Below, in pieces: positions 1-13,334 of a stretch of DNA of 64,000 nt; position 1 is the stretch's first letter; the number at the start of each line of letters is the position of its first letter. The translations under genes and the position numbers were made by a program. Below the pieces are notes generated by a model. That model saw only the letters and a program-made list of their open reading frames with translations. It made no database searches and was not told the DNA's origin. This DNA is from the human T2T-CHM13v2.0 reference genome, Homo sapiens, in the NCBI RefSeq assembly GCF_009914755.1, contig NC_060930.1; one strand, written 5' to 3'.

Positions 1-65
1 AGAAAGTTTACAAATTTGTGTTGGGCGACATTCAAAGCCCCTGGGCCACGGGTTGGACAAGCTTG
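1..65 (+). mobile_element. MER30-like hAT-Charlie DNA transposon, terminal fragment cut by the window edge
   Basis: 'agaaagtttacaaatttgtgttggg..cattcaaagcc...gggttggacaagcttg' resembles the MER30 end as I recall it. Confidence 0.65.
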
Positions 66-352
66 CTCTGGATTGTACCCAGTCCATGCCTGTCATTGTA
101 TGTGATCAAACTAAGCAAAAAGACCTGATTTTCAGTCTACCCCACCCCCCACCCCTGACCCCCTCAGTGGGTCCCCAGTGAGGACGGATGAGACCAGAAG
201 TCCCAATGAGCCCAGTGTGCCTTGTGTCCCTGGGGGAACCAGACCCGATTGGACACGGACTGGATTTTCATGCGTAGGGGGCGGAGGAAAGGGAGGACAT
301 TAAATCTTTAAGTGGTTAAAGACACAAAACCCACAGGAATGATTTCTAATGA

Positions 353-671
<319 letters not shown>

Positions 672-1202
672 AGGGCTGAGGAATTTAATATTGCACATAC
701 ATATTGTCTATGATTCTTTATGTGAAAATCCACTCAAACATCCACTCTGCTTTTGACAGCATCAGCCTTTCTCATGACAAAACCTTCCCCTCAGGGCCTA
801 TGCGGAGAATGCCGACAGCACCTGGGCTCCAGCGCCTTCTGGGGCCTAGGCCTCTCTACACCCACCTGGATGCGCAGGTCAAAGTGCTTTGCTTCTCAGG
901 GAGGGAACTGACGCCCCGCTCAGCCCTTCCTTCTCCTACGCTCCACTGTCCTGAGGGACTTGATGTCCAAGTGCTCAGGTGGGTTCGGCATTTTCCACAA
1001 ACCCAAGGACCAGGCATGGCAGCCTGTTGAGGCCACCGAGAGGCCGGCTTCGAGTATGCGGGGCAGTGGGTGGGTATTTCGCTGTGTCCATTTTCCTTAT
1101 ATTCACTTTCTATTTGAATGACAGAGAATTATACCCAGAGACAGACTAGTTTAGATTTGAAAGCCCTTGGAAATCACCACTTCAAATGAAGACCCACCCT
1201 GG

Positions 1203-2320
1203 GCGAGATGGGGAGGGAACACCCACTGGGCAGGAGGGCACGGGGAGAGGGCGGGATGGGGTGGAATGCCCACTGGGCAGGTGGGCTGGGCAGGAGGGCA
1301 CAGGAAGAGGGTGAGATGGGGTGGGACGCCCACTCGGCAGGTGGGCTGGGCAGGAGGGCACGGGGAGAGGGCGGGATGGGGTGGAATGCCCACTGGGCAG
1401 GTGGGCTGGGCAGGAGGGCACAGGAAGAGGGTGAGATGGGGTGGGACGCCCACTCGGCAGGTGGGCTGGGCAGGAGAGCACGGGGAGAGGGCGGGATGGG
1501 GTGGAATGCCCACTGGGCAGGTGGGCTGGGCAGGAGGGCACAGGGAGAGGGTGAGATGGGGTGGGACGCCCACTCGGCAGGTGGGCTGGGCAGGAGGGCA
1601 CAGGGAGAGGTGAGATGGGTTGGGACGCACACTGGGCAGGTGGGCTGGGCAGGAGGGCACAGGGAGAGCTGAGATGGGGTGGGACGTCCACTGGGCAGGT
1701 GGGCTGGGCAGGAGGGCCCAGGGAGAGGTGAGATGGGGTGGGACGCCCACTGGGCAGGTGGGCTGGGCAGGAGGGCCCAGGGAGAGGTGAGATGGGGTGG
1801 GACGCCCACTGGGCAGGTGGGCTGGGCAGGAGGGCACAGGGAGAAGTGAGATGGGGTGGGACGCCCACTGGGCAGGTGGGCTGGGCAGGAGGGCACAGGG
1901 AGAAGTGAGATGGGGTGGGACGTCCACTGGGCAGGTGGGCTGGGCAGGAGGGCCCAGGGAGAGGTGAGATGGGGTGGGACGTCCACTGGGCAGGTGGGCT
2001 GGGCAGGAGGGCACAGGGAGAGGTGAGATGGGGTGGGACGCCCACTGGGCAGGTGGGCTGGGCAGAGGGCCCAGGGAGAGGTGAGATGGGGTGGGACGTC
2101 CACTGGGCAGGTGGGCTGGGCAGGAGGGCACAGGGAGAGGTGAGATGGGGTGGGACGCCCACTGGGCAGGTGGGCTGGGCAGGAGGGCACAGGGAGAGGT
2201 GAGATGGGGTGGGACGCCCACTGGGCAGGTGGGCTGGGCAGGAGGGCACAGGGAGAGGTGAGATGGGGTGAGATGCCCATGGGCAGGTGGGGTGAGCAGG
2301 AGGGCACAGAGAGGGTGAGC
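1203..2320. repeat. G-rich minisatellite (VNTR), 59-60-bp unit, ~18-19 copies
   Basis: Unit gagatggggtgggacgcccactgggcaggtgggctgggcaggagggcacagggagaggt; 60-bp period over ~1251-1610, 59-bp period afterwards. Confidence 0.97.
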
Positions 2321-4136
2321 ACAGTGGCCACTGAAAGCCGCTGAGCCGTCCATGGAGATCTGAACTGTTGAGCTGGCTTCCGGTGGCATGCACTTTTTGA
2401 AATAAAGCCTTTTCATTTGACCATGAATGTGTTCAACAAAACCAAACTTCTTGGGAGAGTGAACATGTGTTAAATGACCATATACTAACCCATCACGCTG
2501 ACTGTTCACAGCTGCTCACCACCATGACCTCATTAGTTGGGCGGAGATGAATATGCAGCCATTTTACGATCACAAATTACATTCCACAACTGAAATGTAG
2601 CATGGAGCTCTGAGAGATTTTTCATAAATCACAAGTTTTATAGTATGCAATGAATTTTTATCAAATTCATAACATAGATGCATACATCTTATTTTGGAAA
2701 ATGAAATGGCGTTTATTTTCTCCACAGAAAAAGTGCCAAAAAATGGGCAGTAATAAAATTTCCATTATTCAAGAGGTTAGATATGATTTCCATCTTGACT
2801 GAAAAAGCCAGAACGCTTTGAAAGAACTTCTTTTAGGGGTTCTTATGTAAGAATTGCTATTATGCATCCAATGTGCAGAGGAAGAAAAAACAAAACACAA
2901 AAAAACCTCTTGAATAATAAAAGCTATGGAATAAAGCAGTATAATAGGTTGGTTTTAAAACTTAAATATTTTTGGTAACTTGATGTGGATAATAATTTGA
3001 AGATTTAAGAAAAATAACTCACTATATTTTTTACCTTCCACATTTTCTCCTACTTTAAAATTCACTCACTTTGTCTTGACTTGGTCGTTGACTGCTTTTA
3101 TTCATAATTCACTTGGGATAAACAGACTTGAAGCATATACACGATAATTATTTCAATATCAATTCTAATAAAGACAAAGCAGTTTGGTAAGTTTTACTCG
3201 CATTCGCATACTTTTCAAGGTATCATATTACACATAATTAGATCCTAGAAACAACCAAATTGCTACTTGTGAGCTAAAAGTGCTGAATTCTTGCTTGTTT
3301 AGAAAGCACACCGCCTCATCCAAGGCCCTGATGTCCAGCTCACCCTAGGGTCTAGCACTCTGCACCCTGTAGGACTTGCACCAGAGATCACGGCCTTCTT
3401 GGGGCAAACCACAGCACTGTCGCTGTGATCTGCGGAAACGGCTCCCTCCACTTTGCCTCCTGTGAGTCTTGGTGATTAAATTGTTGAGCAACTTCAAAGC
3501 ACAGAGGCGAAAACCAATGGGAAGAAGCAGCTGGTGGTGGAGAGCTTAAGCATCCTGCGCACCTTCTCTGAGCTATGGCCAGGCCGTGCTGAAACACTGC
3601 GGAAGTCATGTCTACACCAGGGTTCCCCACCCACTGTCCAGAGGTGACAAAGGAGAGACGCTCCTGATAAATGTCTTCACGTGACAGTTTGTCATTAAAA
3701 ACCGAAGCTAAGCCCACTGAATTCCTGAGTGCTTATTAAAGCGCCAATGGCCAAAAGAGACAAGACTCACAAGACTGTGGCTTTCTCCTCTGGATGGCAG
3801 AAGACGTATCTCACTTGGCTTGTTTCAGTCCAGGAGGCATCACGCCAAAGGAAGTACTATGCCACAGGAAGAAATGTGCAAACTGGCTGGTTCTCACGTT
3901 TTTCTACAGCATTTTACTTCCATGGGTTCTATCTAATGGTAACATAGGTTAGAGCAAAACACAGTCAACACAGTTGCTTTAGCTCAAGTAATTTCATCAC
4001 CTTACCCCATAGTGATAGTGACCCTCTAAGGGTCAACAAAAATGCGCATCTTAAAATGTATTTTATAGCTCTGGTAGGCCAGGTGTGCAACGAAACAAGG
4101 TTAATAAATTTAAAATGCCTTGGTGTGTTTTGCTCC

Positions 4137-4506
4137 TTTCTTAGTCTGCCTGAGCTGCCATAACAAAGTACTATGGATTGGGTGGCTTACAAAACAGACA
4201 TTTATTTCCCATAGTTCTGGAAGCTGGAAGTCCAAGACCAAGGTGCCAGCCATTTGGTCCTGGTGAGGGCCCAATTCCTGGCTCACAGGCAGCTGCTTCT
4301 TGCAGCGCCCTTTCGTGGTGGAGCAAGAGCTCTGGTCTCTCTTCCTCTTCCTCTGAGGACACTACTCCCATCGAATCAGGGCCCCAGGCTTAGGACCTCA
4401 CTTCACCTTCATTACTTCCTTACAGGCCCTTTCTCCACATAGAATCACACTGGGGGTTGGAGCTTCCAGATGTGAACATGGAGGGATACAATTGAGTCCA
4501 TTAACA
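4137..4506 (-). mobile_element. MaLR solo LTR (MLT1A/MST-like)
   Basis: cttagtctgcctgagctgccataacaaagtac...ttctggaagctggaagtccaagaccaagg...gagtccattaaca, a typical reverse MaLR LTR. Confidence 0.8.
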
Positions 4507-5606
4507 TTCCATCCCTTATTTGTAGTAACAGCATGACCATACTCAGTGATGACAGGGACACTCTAAATGTCAACATTTACATCTTACAACACTTTTTATA
4601 GCTCTATTAGGCCAGTTATGTCATGACATCACAATTAATAAATGAAAAATGCCTGGGCATTCTGGGGATACTCAGCAGCTCTCCAGATGTTAAGGAAACT
4701 CAGTATACCCCAATCTGGTCATTTCTATCTGTGATTGTGATCTTTTGCACTTTATTTTATAGTAATTTTAACTGAAATTTTTAACGGAAACAAAGGAGCT
4801 ACGCTGTCATGCCAAGTTTTCAGTAAATACGTTGAGGAGCTGTGAGCTCAGAAAGCGTTCCAATAGAATTCATTTCTCATGGAGAGACCATGATTGATCT
4901 ATTTGAAATGCAATATTGGTCCAGAAACTCAGAAACATTTGGTGGAACTCAGGGTTTACAATAACAACATTAGCTAAAGATTCAATCTGGACCTATTTTA
5001 AGATCCCGAGGGGGTGGCACATTGGTGTGTCATTCCCAAGATGTCTCAAAACACACAGCAGATTTCTGCTGTAGCAACTAGTGTGAGAAAACCCGAGAGC
5101 TTCTTGGTCATCTTTGCACCTCTGAGTGCTGAGCACACGTGTGGTGACGATGTTGCTACAACGATGTGGGGTGCAGGAAGCTCGAGTTTCAAAAGAAGAT
5201 CATAAGTAACACATTTTTCCTTCTAGCCAGAATGCCCTGAAATACATGAAAAAAGATGCAGCTCTGGCTACGTGAAAAAGAGGTAGTGAGTGACTCGGGG
5301 CTGGGAAACGAAGCCGTCCTCGCTGGGATGGACTTTCAGTCTCACATCTTCAGCAACTTTAGCTTCTTCATTATGACTTTTTTTCTCTTGAAGATTAAGG
5401 AATCGAGGATTGCTGACATGTCTGTATTGATTAGTTATGGTTCTCCACTATGTTTACTGCCATCCTAATTACAGAACCTAATTTTCACATTTACTTATAA
5501 TTGTGTGCAATTGTCCAGGCTGATCTTTTAAGGTTAAAGAGAAAATCTCAAACATGACATCAAACAAGTCTTTTTTTTTTTTTTTTTTTTTTCCTTATTT
5601 TACAGC

Positions 5607-5612
5607 TTTATT
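5607..5612 (-). terminator. AATAAA polyadenylation signal of the retrocopy
   Basis: tttatt on plus, 14 nt from the genomic poly(A) tract. Confidence 0.85.
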
Positions 5613-6193
5613 ACTGATTTCCCTCTAAAAAGAGACTCAAGTGTGGAGCTGACTCATCTATAGATTAAGGAATCACAAAGTACCATAGTCACTTAACAAA
5701 TGCAAAAAAAAAAAAAAGCAATTGTTTTACCTTTCAACTGCTGATGTTATGTACAATCTATCACAAAAAGCATAGCTGTGCATTCATGAGCTGATTATAT
5801 CAACCTCTAGAATTTTAGAAACGAGCACATCTAAGCATATGGATACTCTCTTACCTTACAAAGTAAAAGCATTTTCTATTTTAAAATTTTTATTTCTGTG
5901 TAAAACAAAGAATTCCTAGAGGTCAAATAATATACCAAACTTAAAGCACTATTAAGTCATGAAACAAAGAAGATTCTGAGGTAGAAGTCAAGCAATATAA
6001 TCCACAGTTTCAGGTATTCCCAGCAACCATCGCATTTCGCAAGTAAGATCTATTTTTTTTAAAGTCTCAACTTCCAAAAAATCAATAATCCATTCTGTAA
6101 AATCAGATGTAAAACTATGACCAACAGAAGACACCCAAACTTTTCTCATGGTAACAGAGTAAATGCTTTTACTAAAAGCTGCCAACATTTCTA

Positions 6194-6586
<393 letters not shown>

Positions 6587-6959
6587 TTAATGTTTAGGTT
6601 GTTTAAATCCGCCAAGGGCTATGTCTATCCAGCTCAGGCCGAACCCCGCCGGCGAGACACTGAGAAGCCCAGGAGAGGTGGCCTCTGGTCCACTACACCG
6701 TGGAACTCCAGACCACTCCAGTTCTCCAATGTAACCGAGCGCCTTCCTCTCCAAACAAGTCTTTTAATAAGGCCCATGAACTAGTCCATATATATACCAG
6801 AGGAGGAAAGAAAAAGAATGACCACAGTTTATTCTGAAGACATGACAAAGGTAACACACATCAGTTATACACAAAGTCAAATTTCAGCATTACCTCCAGG
6901 GCAGAGGGAGCCAACAGCTTTCAGAAATCTCTGCTCCTGCCATAGACTGGGGCTCCCCT

Positions 6960-7250
6960 CAGCTGCCTCCCAGTGGGGACTACATTACCCAGCCCTCCTT
7001 GCAGGCAGGTGTGGTCATGTGACTAGCCCTGGCCAATGGAGTGTGTCTGGATGGTGTACCTTAAAGAAGCGGGTGCTTCTTTCATAGTCTCTTTCCCCCC
7101 ACAGCTAACTGCAGGCCCTTAGGGCTGGTGGAGCTACAAAGAAGAAGCCTGGGTCCCCCAAATCCCCATGTGGAAGCAAAGTGGCCGGTCATCAGGAACC
7201 CTGACATTAGACTAACACATAAGGAAGAAATAATTTTTCTTTTATGAACT
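6960..7250 (+). mobile_element. Old MLT1 (MaLR) LTR remnant
   Basis: cattacccagccctccttgcaggcaggtgtggtcatgtgactagccctggccaatgg...gaagaagcctgggtcccc motifs. Confidence 0.6.
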
Positions 7251-7464
7251 CAGGGAAATATTTTCCTGAAACACAAGAGTGCACAGTCCAGAGACCCTGG
7301 GTCAGAGCCCTACAGGCCCAAGAAAGGCTTGGTTGGACACTGGCATGGGACAGAGGGAGGCAAGAAAGATGAGATAAGCACAGACTAGAGATTCGTATCT
7401 GCTTTTCATAAGTACAAGAGAAATGTACCATCAAAATCAGTTCTAATCACCGTCACTCTAATTG

Positions 7465-7625
7465 TGTGGCATCAGACAAGCTCCTCACCCGTCCTTGGCC
7501 TCAGTTCCCTCCTATGTAGAATGAGGGGGTCCTACCTGGATTAGTGGTTGTGAGAAATAAATGAACCCACGCATGTAAAACTCCCAGAACAGTACCTGGC
7601 ATAGAGTGAGTTCTCAAAAATAACA
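7465..7625 (+). mobile_element. MIR SINE remnant
   Basis: gcctcagttccctcctatgtagaatgaggggg...gttgtgagaaataaatga...agaacagtacctggcatagagt. Confidence 0.7.
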
Positions 7626-10619
7626 CTTTAGTTCTTCCTGAATATCTCATGCAGTGATATAACATCTTTCTTGAACGAGTCTGCCCTTTTTGAAGTCTGC
7701 CATTGGAAAAAAAAAAAGCAAACCAGCATAAAATAAATATTTTATATATATATATATATACACACACAAAAATGTAAAATATATAAGTGGATTCAGAAGT
7801 AGAAGATGAAGGGCCCACGTCTCTGAAAAGCCACAGCTGAAGGCGCTGAAACTAGCCGTCTGGCCTCACTAGCACAGCGGGTAGAGTCTGACTTCCTGCT
7901 GGCTGCTGTCATTCATGGCAGGACTTTCCGGGACTGTGCGCTCTCTGCCCTGTGGGGAAGAACCCCGAGGAGGTGAGAGTGAGACCCTGCGCCCTCCTCA
8001 CTCACTCAGGTTCCAGCCACAACAGTGAATTTATTTTGTTTTTTATCTGTTTGGCTTATCACATCTGAATGCAAAATATGCAGCATAAAATGAATGAAAA
8101 TTGAGACCCCAGTGATGGTTAGAGAATTCTCGTATCATGAACTAAAAGTGAACTTCTTTCCAAGAAACAGGGGACCTTCGTTTTGCTCCCCAATGTACAC
8201 ACTGTGCTGGGGTCTGAAGTAAACAAGGCAGGAGCTCGGCTCCATCCCAGGGCCCTCACCCTCCACTGCTCCCTGAGTGTGGTTTAAAAAGAGGAACAAG
8301 GACCTCCACAAAGTCAGCTTCACATTCAGCAGGTGGACAGCAGAATCAAATCTCTGCAAAGAAACAGCCTATGAGTGTGTGCAGCTGCTCACAGGCCTAA
8401 ATTATAATTTCCAGGTGGGGCCAGCGAGTTGCTGCAGGGGTGGCTTTCTGCAGAAAAAAATGAGGGGTGGCTGAACTGGATTCCACAGGCCCTAGCCACA
8501 CAGAGTATCATGCACCTGAACTGGGGGTCTTAGGGGACTCCTCTTGGGCACACGACATCCCTTTGCTGCCTCCTTTCCACAGGGACCCTGCGCTGGGAAC
8601 TTGCAGCACGTCGCTGAGACACCAGAATCTGGGGAAATTCTGCCTGTCCCCAACCTCTCGCTCTGGCTGATTTTGCCATCTAATTTGTAGCCTTGCATGT
8701 ACATAATTCCTATTTGTACAGAAAAACAATCAAAGGTGGAACTAGATCGTCTGATCTCAACTCCAGAATGTGGGCTTTATTGCTGCCCTGTAACCTGGGG
8801 CTGCTACTCTGCCCTGATGATGGACACAGGGTTCCCGGAAGCTCGGGGCCCGAAGAGAGTCCAGCTGGGCAGTCGCACATGACAGACAGGGTGCGGCAGC
8901 CAATGGCCCTCCGTGCTCCCTGTCAACCCGGCCAGCAGAGGCCATGCATAGGTGGCCAGGTGCGACTACCTGTGTTCCAGCAAGTAGATGGAAAAGGAAC
9001 ACTGTCGCTTTCTCAGGGCTGACTTCCAAATTGGGGGGAGGAGGAGTGGGTGGTTAAGGGCATCTAGGAGGTGGGTGGCAAGGGAGTGCCCCCGCAGAAA
9101 AGGAGGAAGAAGCTCTAAGCCCTTGATGAGTCAGAGCTGAAATTAGTAACATTGGGGTTGCCACTACTCTTTCAAAATTTAAGTCTTTTATAAAAGAGCC
9201 CCAGGCTTTCTGGAAACAGGTGGTCAGATTGAAATAAAAATGATGGCTATGGGGCCAGTCTCCTCCTACCACCAGCAAAAGCCAAAAGTGAATTTATGTT
9301 TCACAGCCAGTGTGGAGAAAGCGTCTGCTCAACAGCTCAACAGGAAACCACGGTGCATTCCAGGGCCCCTCCTGGGGTTCCTTTGCTCATTTTCACATAA
9401 AGAAAGAAAAAGGATGGGAAGTATTAATCTGCAGCACTAAGTATGCACTTTTGTGAGCACTTGTTCTAAATTATTGCCATTACATATCCACACTGGAATT
9501 GAAAAATAACCCAGCTCAATTCATCGGCCAAAGACACCCAGCCTCCATGGTCAGAGTATCTTCTATGCCCGACAGGAGGGACTGTACCCTTAGAATTGAA
9601 ATCAGTTGAAATCAGTCATGCTTCATGGAAGGCTGCATAAACAATGTCATTCTACCCTTAGGTATTTTACCCTCATTAAGTCGCAGAAAATAAGAGCCTA
9701 AAGGGAAACTGGGAAATTGAACTTTCAGCTTTTACTATCAGCTCCAATAGAGACTGTTGGTAGAAATGGGCGCACATCACCTGTGTCTCCAGCATCTCTG
9801 CATGAAAAACAGAGCGTGGTCTATCAGTCTTACAGAAGACTCTCACCCAGTGCTTTGGCCCAAACAAATCAGATTTGTTGGAAACATTTTCAAAATTTCT
9901 AAATCCTAGATTTGATATACAACATAAACTGAACTGTGGCATGAACAGAATGGAGAGAGACTTGGGATCTTACTGGGAGACAAGATCATACCCACCAACC
10001 CAACAAATGAGGCCACAGGCATGCAAGTGAGATACACAGAAAACAAGAACAGGAAGGGCCAGAGGAAGAAGGGCCCCTGGGCAGCTTGATTGGGGTGCTC
10101 AGAGGAGGAGGCAAGGGAACTGGGGGGAATACAGACGGTGCTGTGGAGAGGGCATTCAAGGTGAAATAAAACAGCTCAAGCAAAGACACAGGGGCTGGAA
10201 TTGGCAAGCATCATCGGGATGATAAAGACTAAATCTATTTGATTAGAGCAGCCTTCTGGTTTTGCTTCTTTTGTTGTTTTGCTTATACTTTTTGCTTAAA
10301 ACTTGGACATAGCGGGAAATAGAATCAGAACAGTAAATTACTAGTTCCTACATCAGTAGGCTTTGAGGAGCAAGAACCTACTAAACGCTGATAAGAATCA
10401 GTCATTAGGGTCTGGCAGATACAGCATCCACGTAAGATTAAGTTCACAGATTCCCAGTGTGAACTCCGTGTCAGACTCTGCTTTAGGAGGAGACAGATCC
10501 TATTTCAGGGCTGGGCACACCTAAAGATGGAGCCTGGCGAGGAGCATGACTTAGGGTGAGAACCATGCCATCAGCCTGCCCCAGAAGAATCCAGACATGC
10601 AGCAGCACAATTGAAATCC

Positions 10620-10852
10620 TCACTGAGGACTTCAGGTCGTTGCACTGTACTATACAGGGGATTCGTGTGGAATGAGTTGATTGCTGCTGCTCTTGCCCCA
10701 CAACACACACACGCACGTGCATAACTGAAAGCACGTCTATGTTAATGGGCTTTCCTGCAGTAACCTTCTTACTATCTCTACTCATTTCCCGTTGCATCAT
10801 GTATACCTTAAACATACACAATAAAACTCATTTTAAAAAATTAAAAAAAAAA
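10620..10852 (+). mobile_element. Old L1 (L1MA-like) 3' end
   Basis: catcatgtataccttaaacatacacaataaaa followed by an A-rich tail. Confidence 0.55.
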
Positions 10853-11442
10853 CCTCATTGAGGCAGTGAGTATAATCAACACTAACGGATAAGTGATGGC
10901 CCCAGGCAAAGAGCATAAATAAGGGAACGGAAGAGATCATCAAAGACACGACTTAGAGTAAGGCCTTGCTGGATTTAAAAACAGATTAAAACCAACCCAC
11001 ACAAACCTTTGCAAGTAAAATGGATCTGCCTGCCATGTCACAGTCAATGAAGAGTCAAATCTGAGCATTATTTAATTACAAGCATCACAAAAGCAGAAAA
11101 ACAGGTTGTCTCGGTCTGACTTTAGAATTCTCTTCTACATATTAAATGCCAGAAGATGCCAGAGAGCAATGTTCACTGAGCATCAGGTACAAAAAGGTTG
11201 CAGCCCAGGCATTTCACAGTCGCCCAGGCACTCTTCATAGATGCAGGTGATGGAAAAGGCCAGCGTGCAAGGACTCAGCAAACACACCCTCCACGGGAGG
11301 CCCTGGGGGCACCTCGGAAAGATGTTACCATCATTCAACGCGACCAACAGTGCCACACTGGAGTGCCTTCTGGGATGAGCAGAATGCCTTTAGACCAGTC
11401 ACAGTGTGGCTGCTTCCGTCCAAATGGCGCTCGGCATGGGCA

Positions 11443-11877
11443 TGGTTTGATGTGTGCCCCCCACCCCTGAAAAAAGACGTGTTGCATGTCTTGACTTGGA
11501 AACATGTGACTTGACTTGGAAACAGGATCACTGCAAATGTGATTAGTTAAAACGAGATCACAGAGGAGGCGAGTGGCCCTAATCCAAGATGACTGGATGA
11601 CCACCTAATCCAAGATGACTTCTAAAAAGGCCACTGGAAAGCAGACACACACCAAGAAGGCGGCCCTGAGATGATGGAGGCAGCCAAGGAGTGCCTGGGG
11701 CCACCAGAAACCAGAAGGGGCAAGGAAGGATCCTCCCAGGGCGTTGGAGAGAGCTTGGTCTTGCCCAGGTATAGTCTCGGAAATCCACCCTCCAGGACTG
11801 TGAGAGCATAAACTCCTGTCGGTTAATCCCACCTGTTCGAGGTAGTTTCTTGCAGTAGCCCCAGAAAACTAACCCAG
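11443..11877 (+). mobile_element. MLT1B/C-like MaLR solo LTR
   Basis: atgtgact...ggaaacagg...gtgattagttaa...ccctaatccaa..tgactgg...gcaaggaaggatcctccc...ccaggactgtgagag...gccccagaaaactaaccca. Confidence 0.75.
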
Positions 11878-13334
11878 CATTTAGTTTTTACTAAAATCTC
11901 ATCAGTGTACCCACCATGGCCACCTTCGAGCCTGTGTGTATTACACACTGAGTTCCACAAGACAGAAGGCTGTGGACAACAGCCCCCAAACCCAAGCCGG
12001 CCCACACTGATGGCACTGGCTGGGCCCACTGTACCTGCAGAAGACAGAAGCATCTGCAATACAGAAATCACTCAGAGCTTAGACAATGAGAAAATGATGG
12101 ACGTTCTGTTTAAAAAATAATCACCAGCCAGGGCGCAGCAGTGAACCAGAAAGTTCTCAGAAGTCCTGAAAAGTGGGCAAGAGATGGGCCTGGCTTGTAG
12201 AGAAAGTGACTTCACCAAATACCAGCAGAAAGAGAAAGACTTCTCGAGGGAACTAGAGAGTCACATATTATAAATAGTAGCGAGGGTCATGGAGAAATCA
12301 ACAGGATAATGAATTCTCTGCTCTATGTGGAGTCCTGGCCTGCTGAGAGCTTCTGATGGGTGCACCTCAGATTAAAACCAGGGAACTCACCTGCGGGGAA
12401 GAGGGCCCCGGTGTGGTGCTGTGAGGGGCTGACAAGCCCGGCCTGTCCTCTGGATTTACAGGGGACTACTTATTCACCCAATCTATGGGCTAGGCAGAAT
12501 CTGTGAATCTCACTTTACATAAGGGAACTAGGAGGTGAGAACTTACTAGTTATTCTTATAACTAATAAGTGAGGAGCTGGAATGTGAACCCAGAAGCCCA
12601 GAGTCAGTGTTGGTGACCATTCTGCTGTAATGCCTGATACGTGAGGGGAAGAAATCAGAATGTGAATCAGCGCCTGTCCTTATATCAGGCCCGGATTGAT
12701 GAGAGGGACAGAAGCACAGAAAGGGACGGGGGAGGGCAGGCAGGGCAGCCACCGCACAGAACTGTACTACAGCGCTTCACCTTCCAGGAGAGCACTCCTA
12801 CCTGCCCACCTGCGGTCTGCCCTTACATTCTACAGGGCAACGGCTCTTGGCTATGTCTACTGTGACTCAAAGAACAGGCCTTCGGGGAAACAGATCATGC
12901 CAGCGATCTATCCTAATTATATTCCTAATTATATTCCTTATGAATCAATAACAAAAGGATCATTAGACATCGGAGACCAAAAACATCAGCACAAAAGGTT
13001 GAAGGAAAGTATGTTTGAAACTCGAATTCAACATCAAGCTGAGACAGTTCTCACAGGAACAGGACAAACAGACGTGTTAGTCACTCAAGACCTCAGAGCT
13101 CACCACTGATGCAACCTCGACAGACACCAGTGAGCAAAAGAGCAGTTCAGGAGAAAGGCGCAGGACACAGCAGAAAGAAGCTTTCCGATGCAGTGTGAGC
13201 ACCAAAGAAGGCGGCATGAAGTCAAAGGAGAATTCAGGGGCCCTTAAATCCCAATCAAATCCCCAACATATACTTTTGGATTCTAAGCGTTTGGAAGAAA
13301 AATTCTTTATAGGTAATACCAGAGCTAAAAGAGA

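Noticed and set aside
1151-2509. Three overlapping 385-452-aa minus-strand ORFs, plus ORFs on the plus strand
   Set aside because: These are artefacts of a stop-free 59/60-bp VNTR: the same repeated peptides rotate through all frames, with no gene structure
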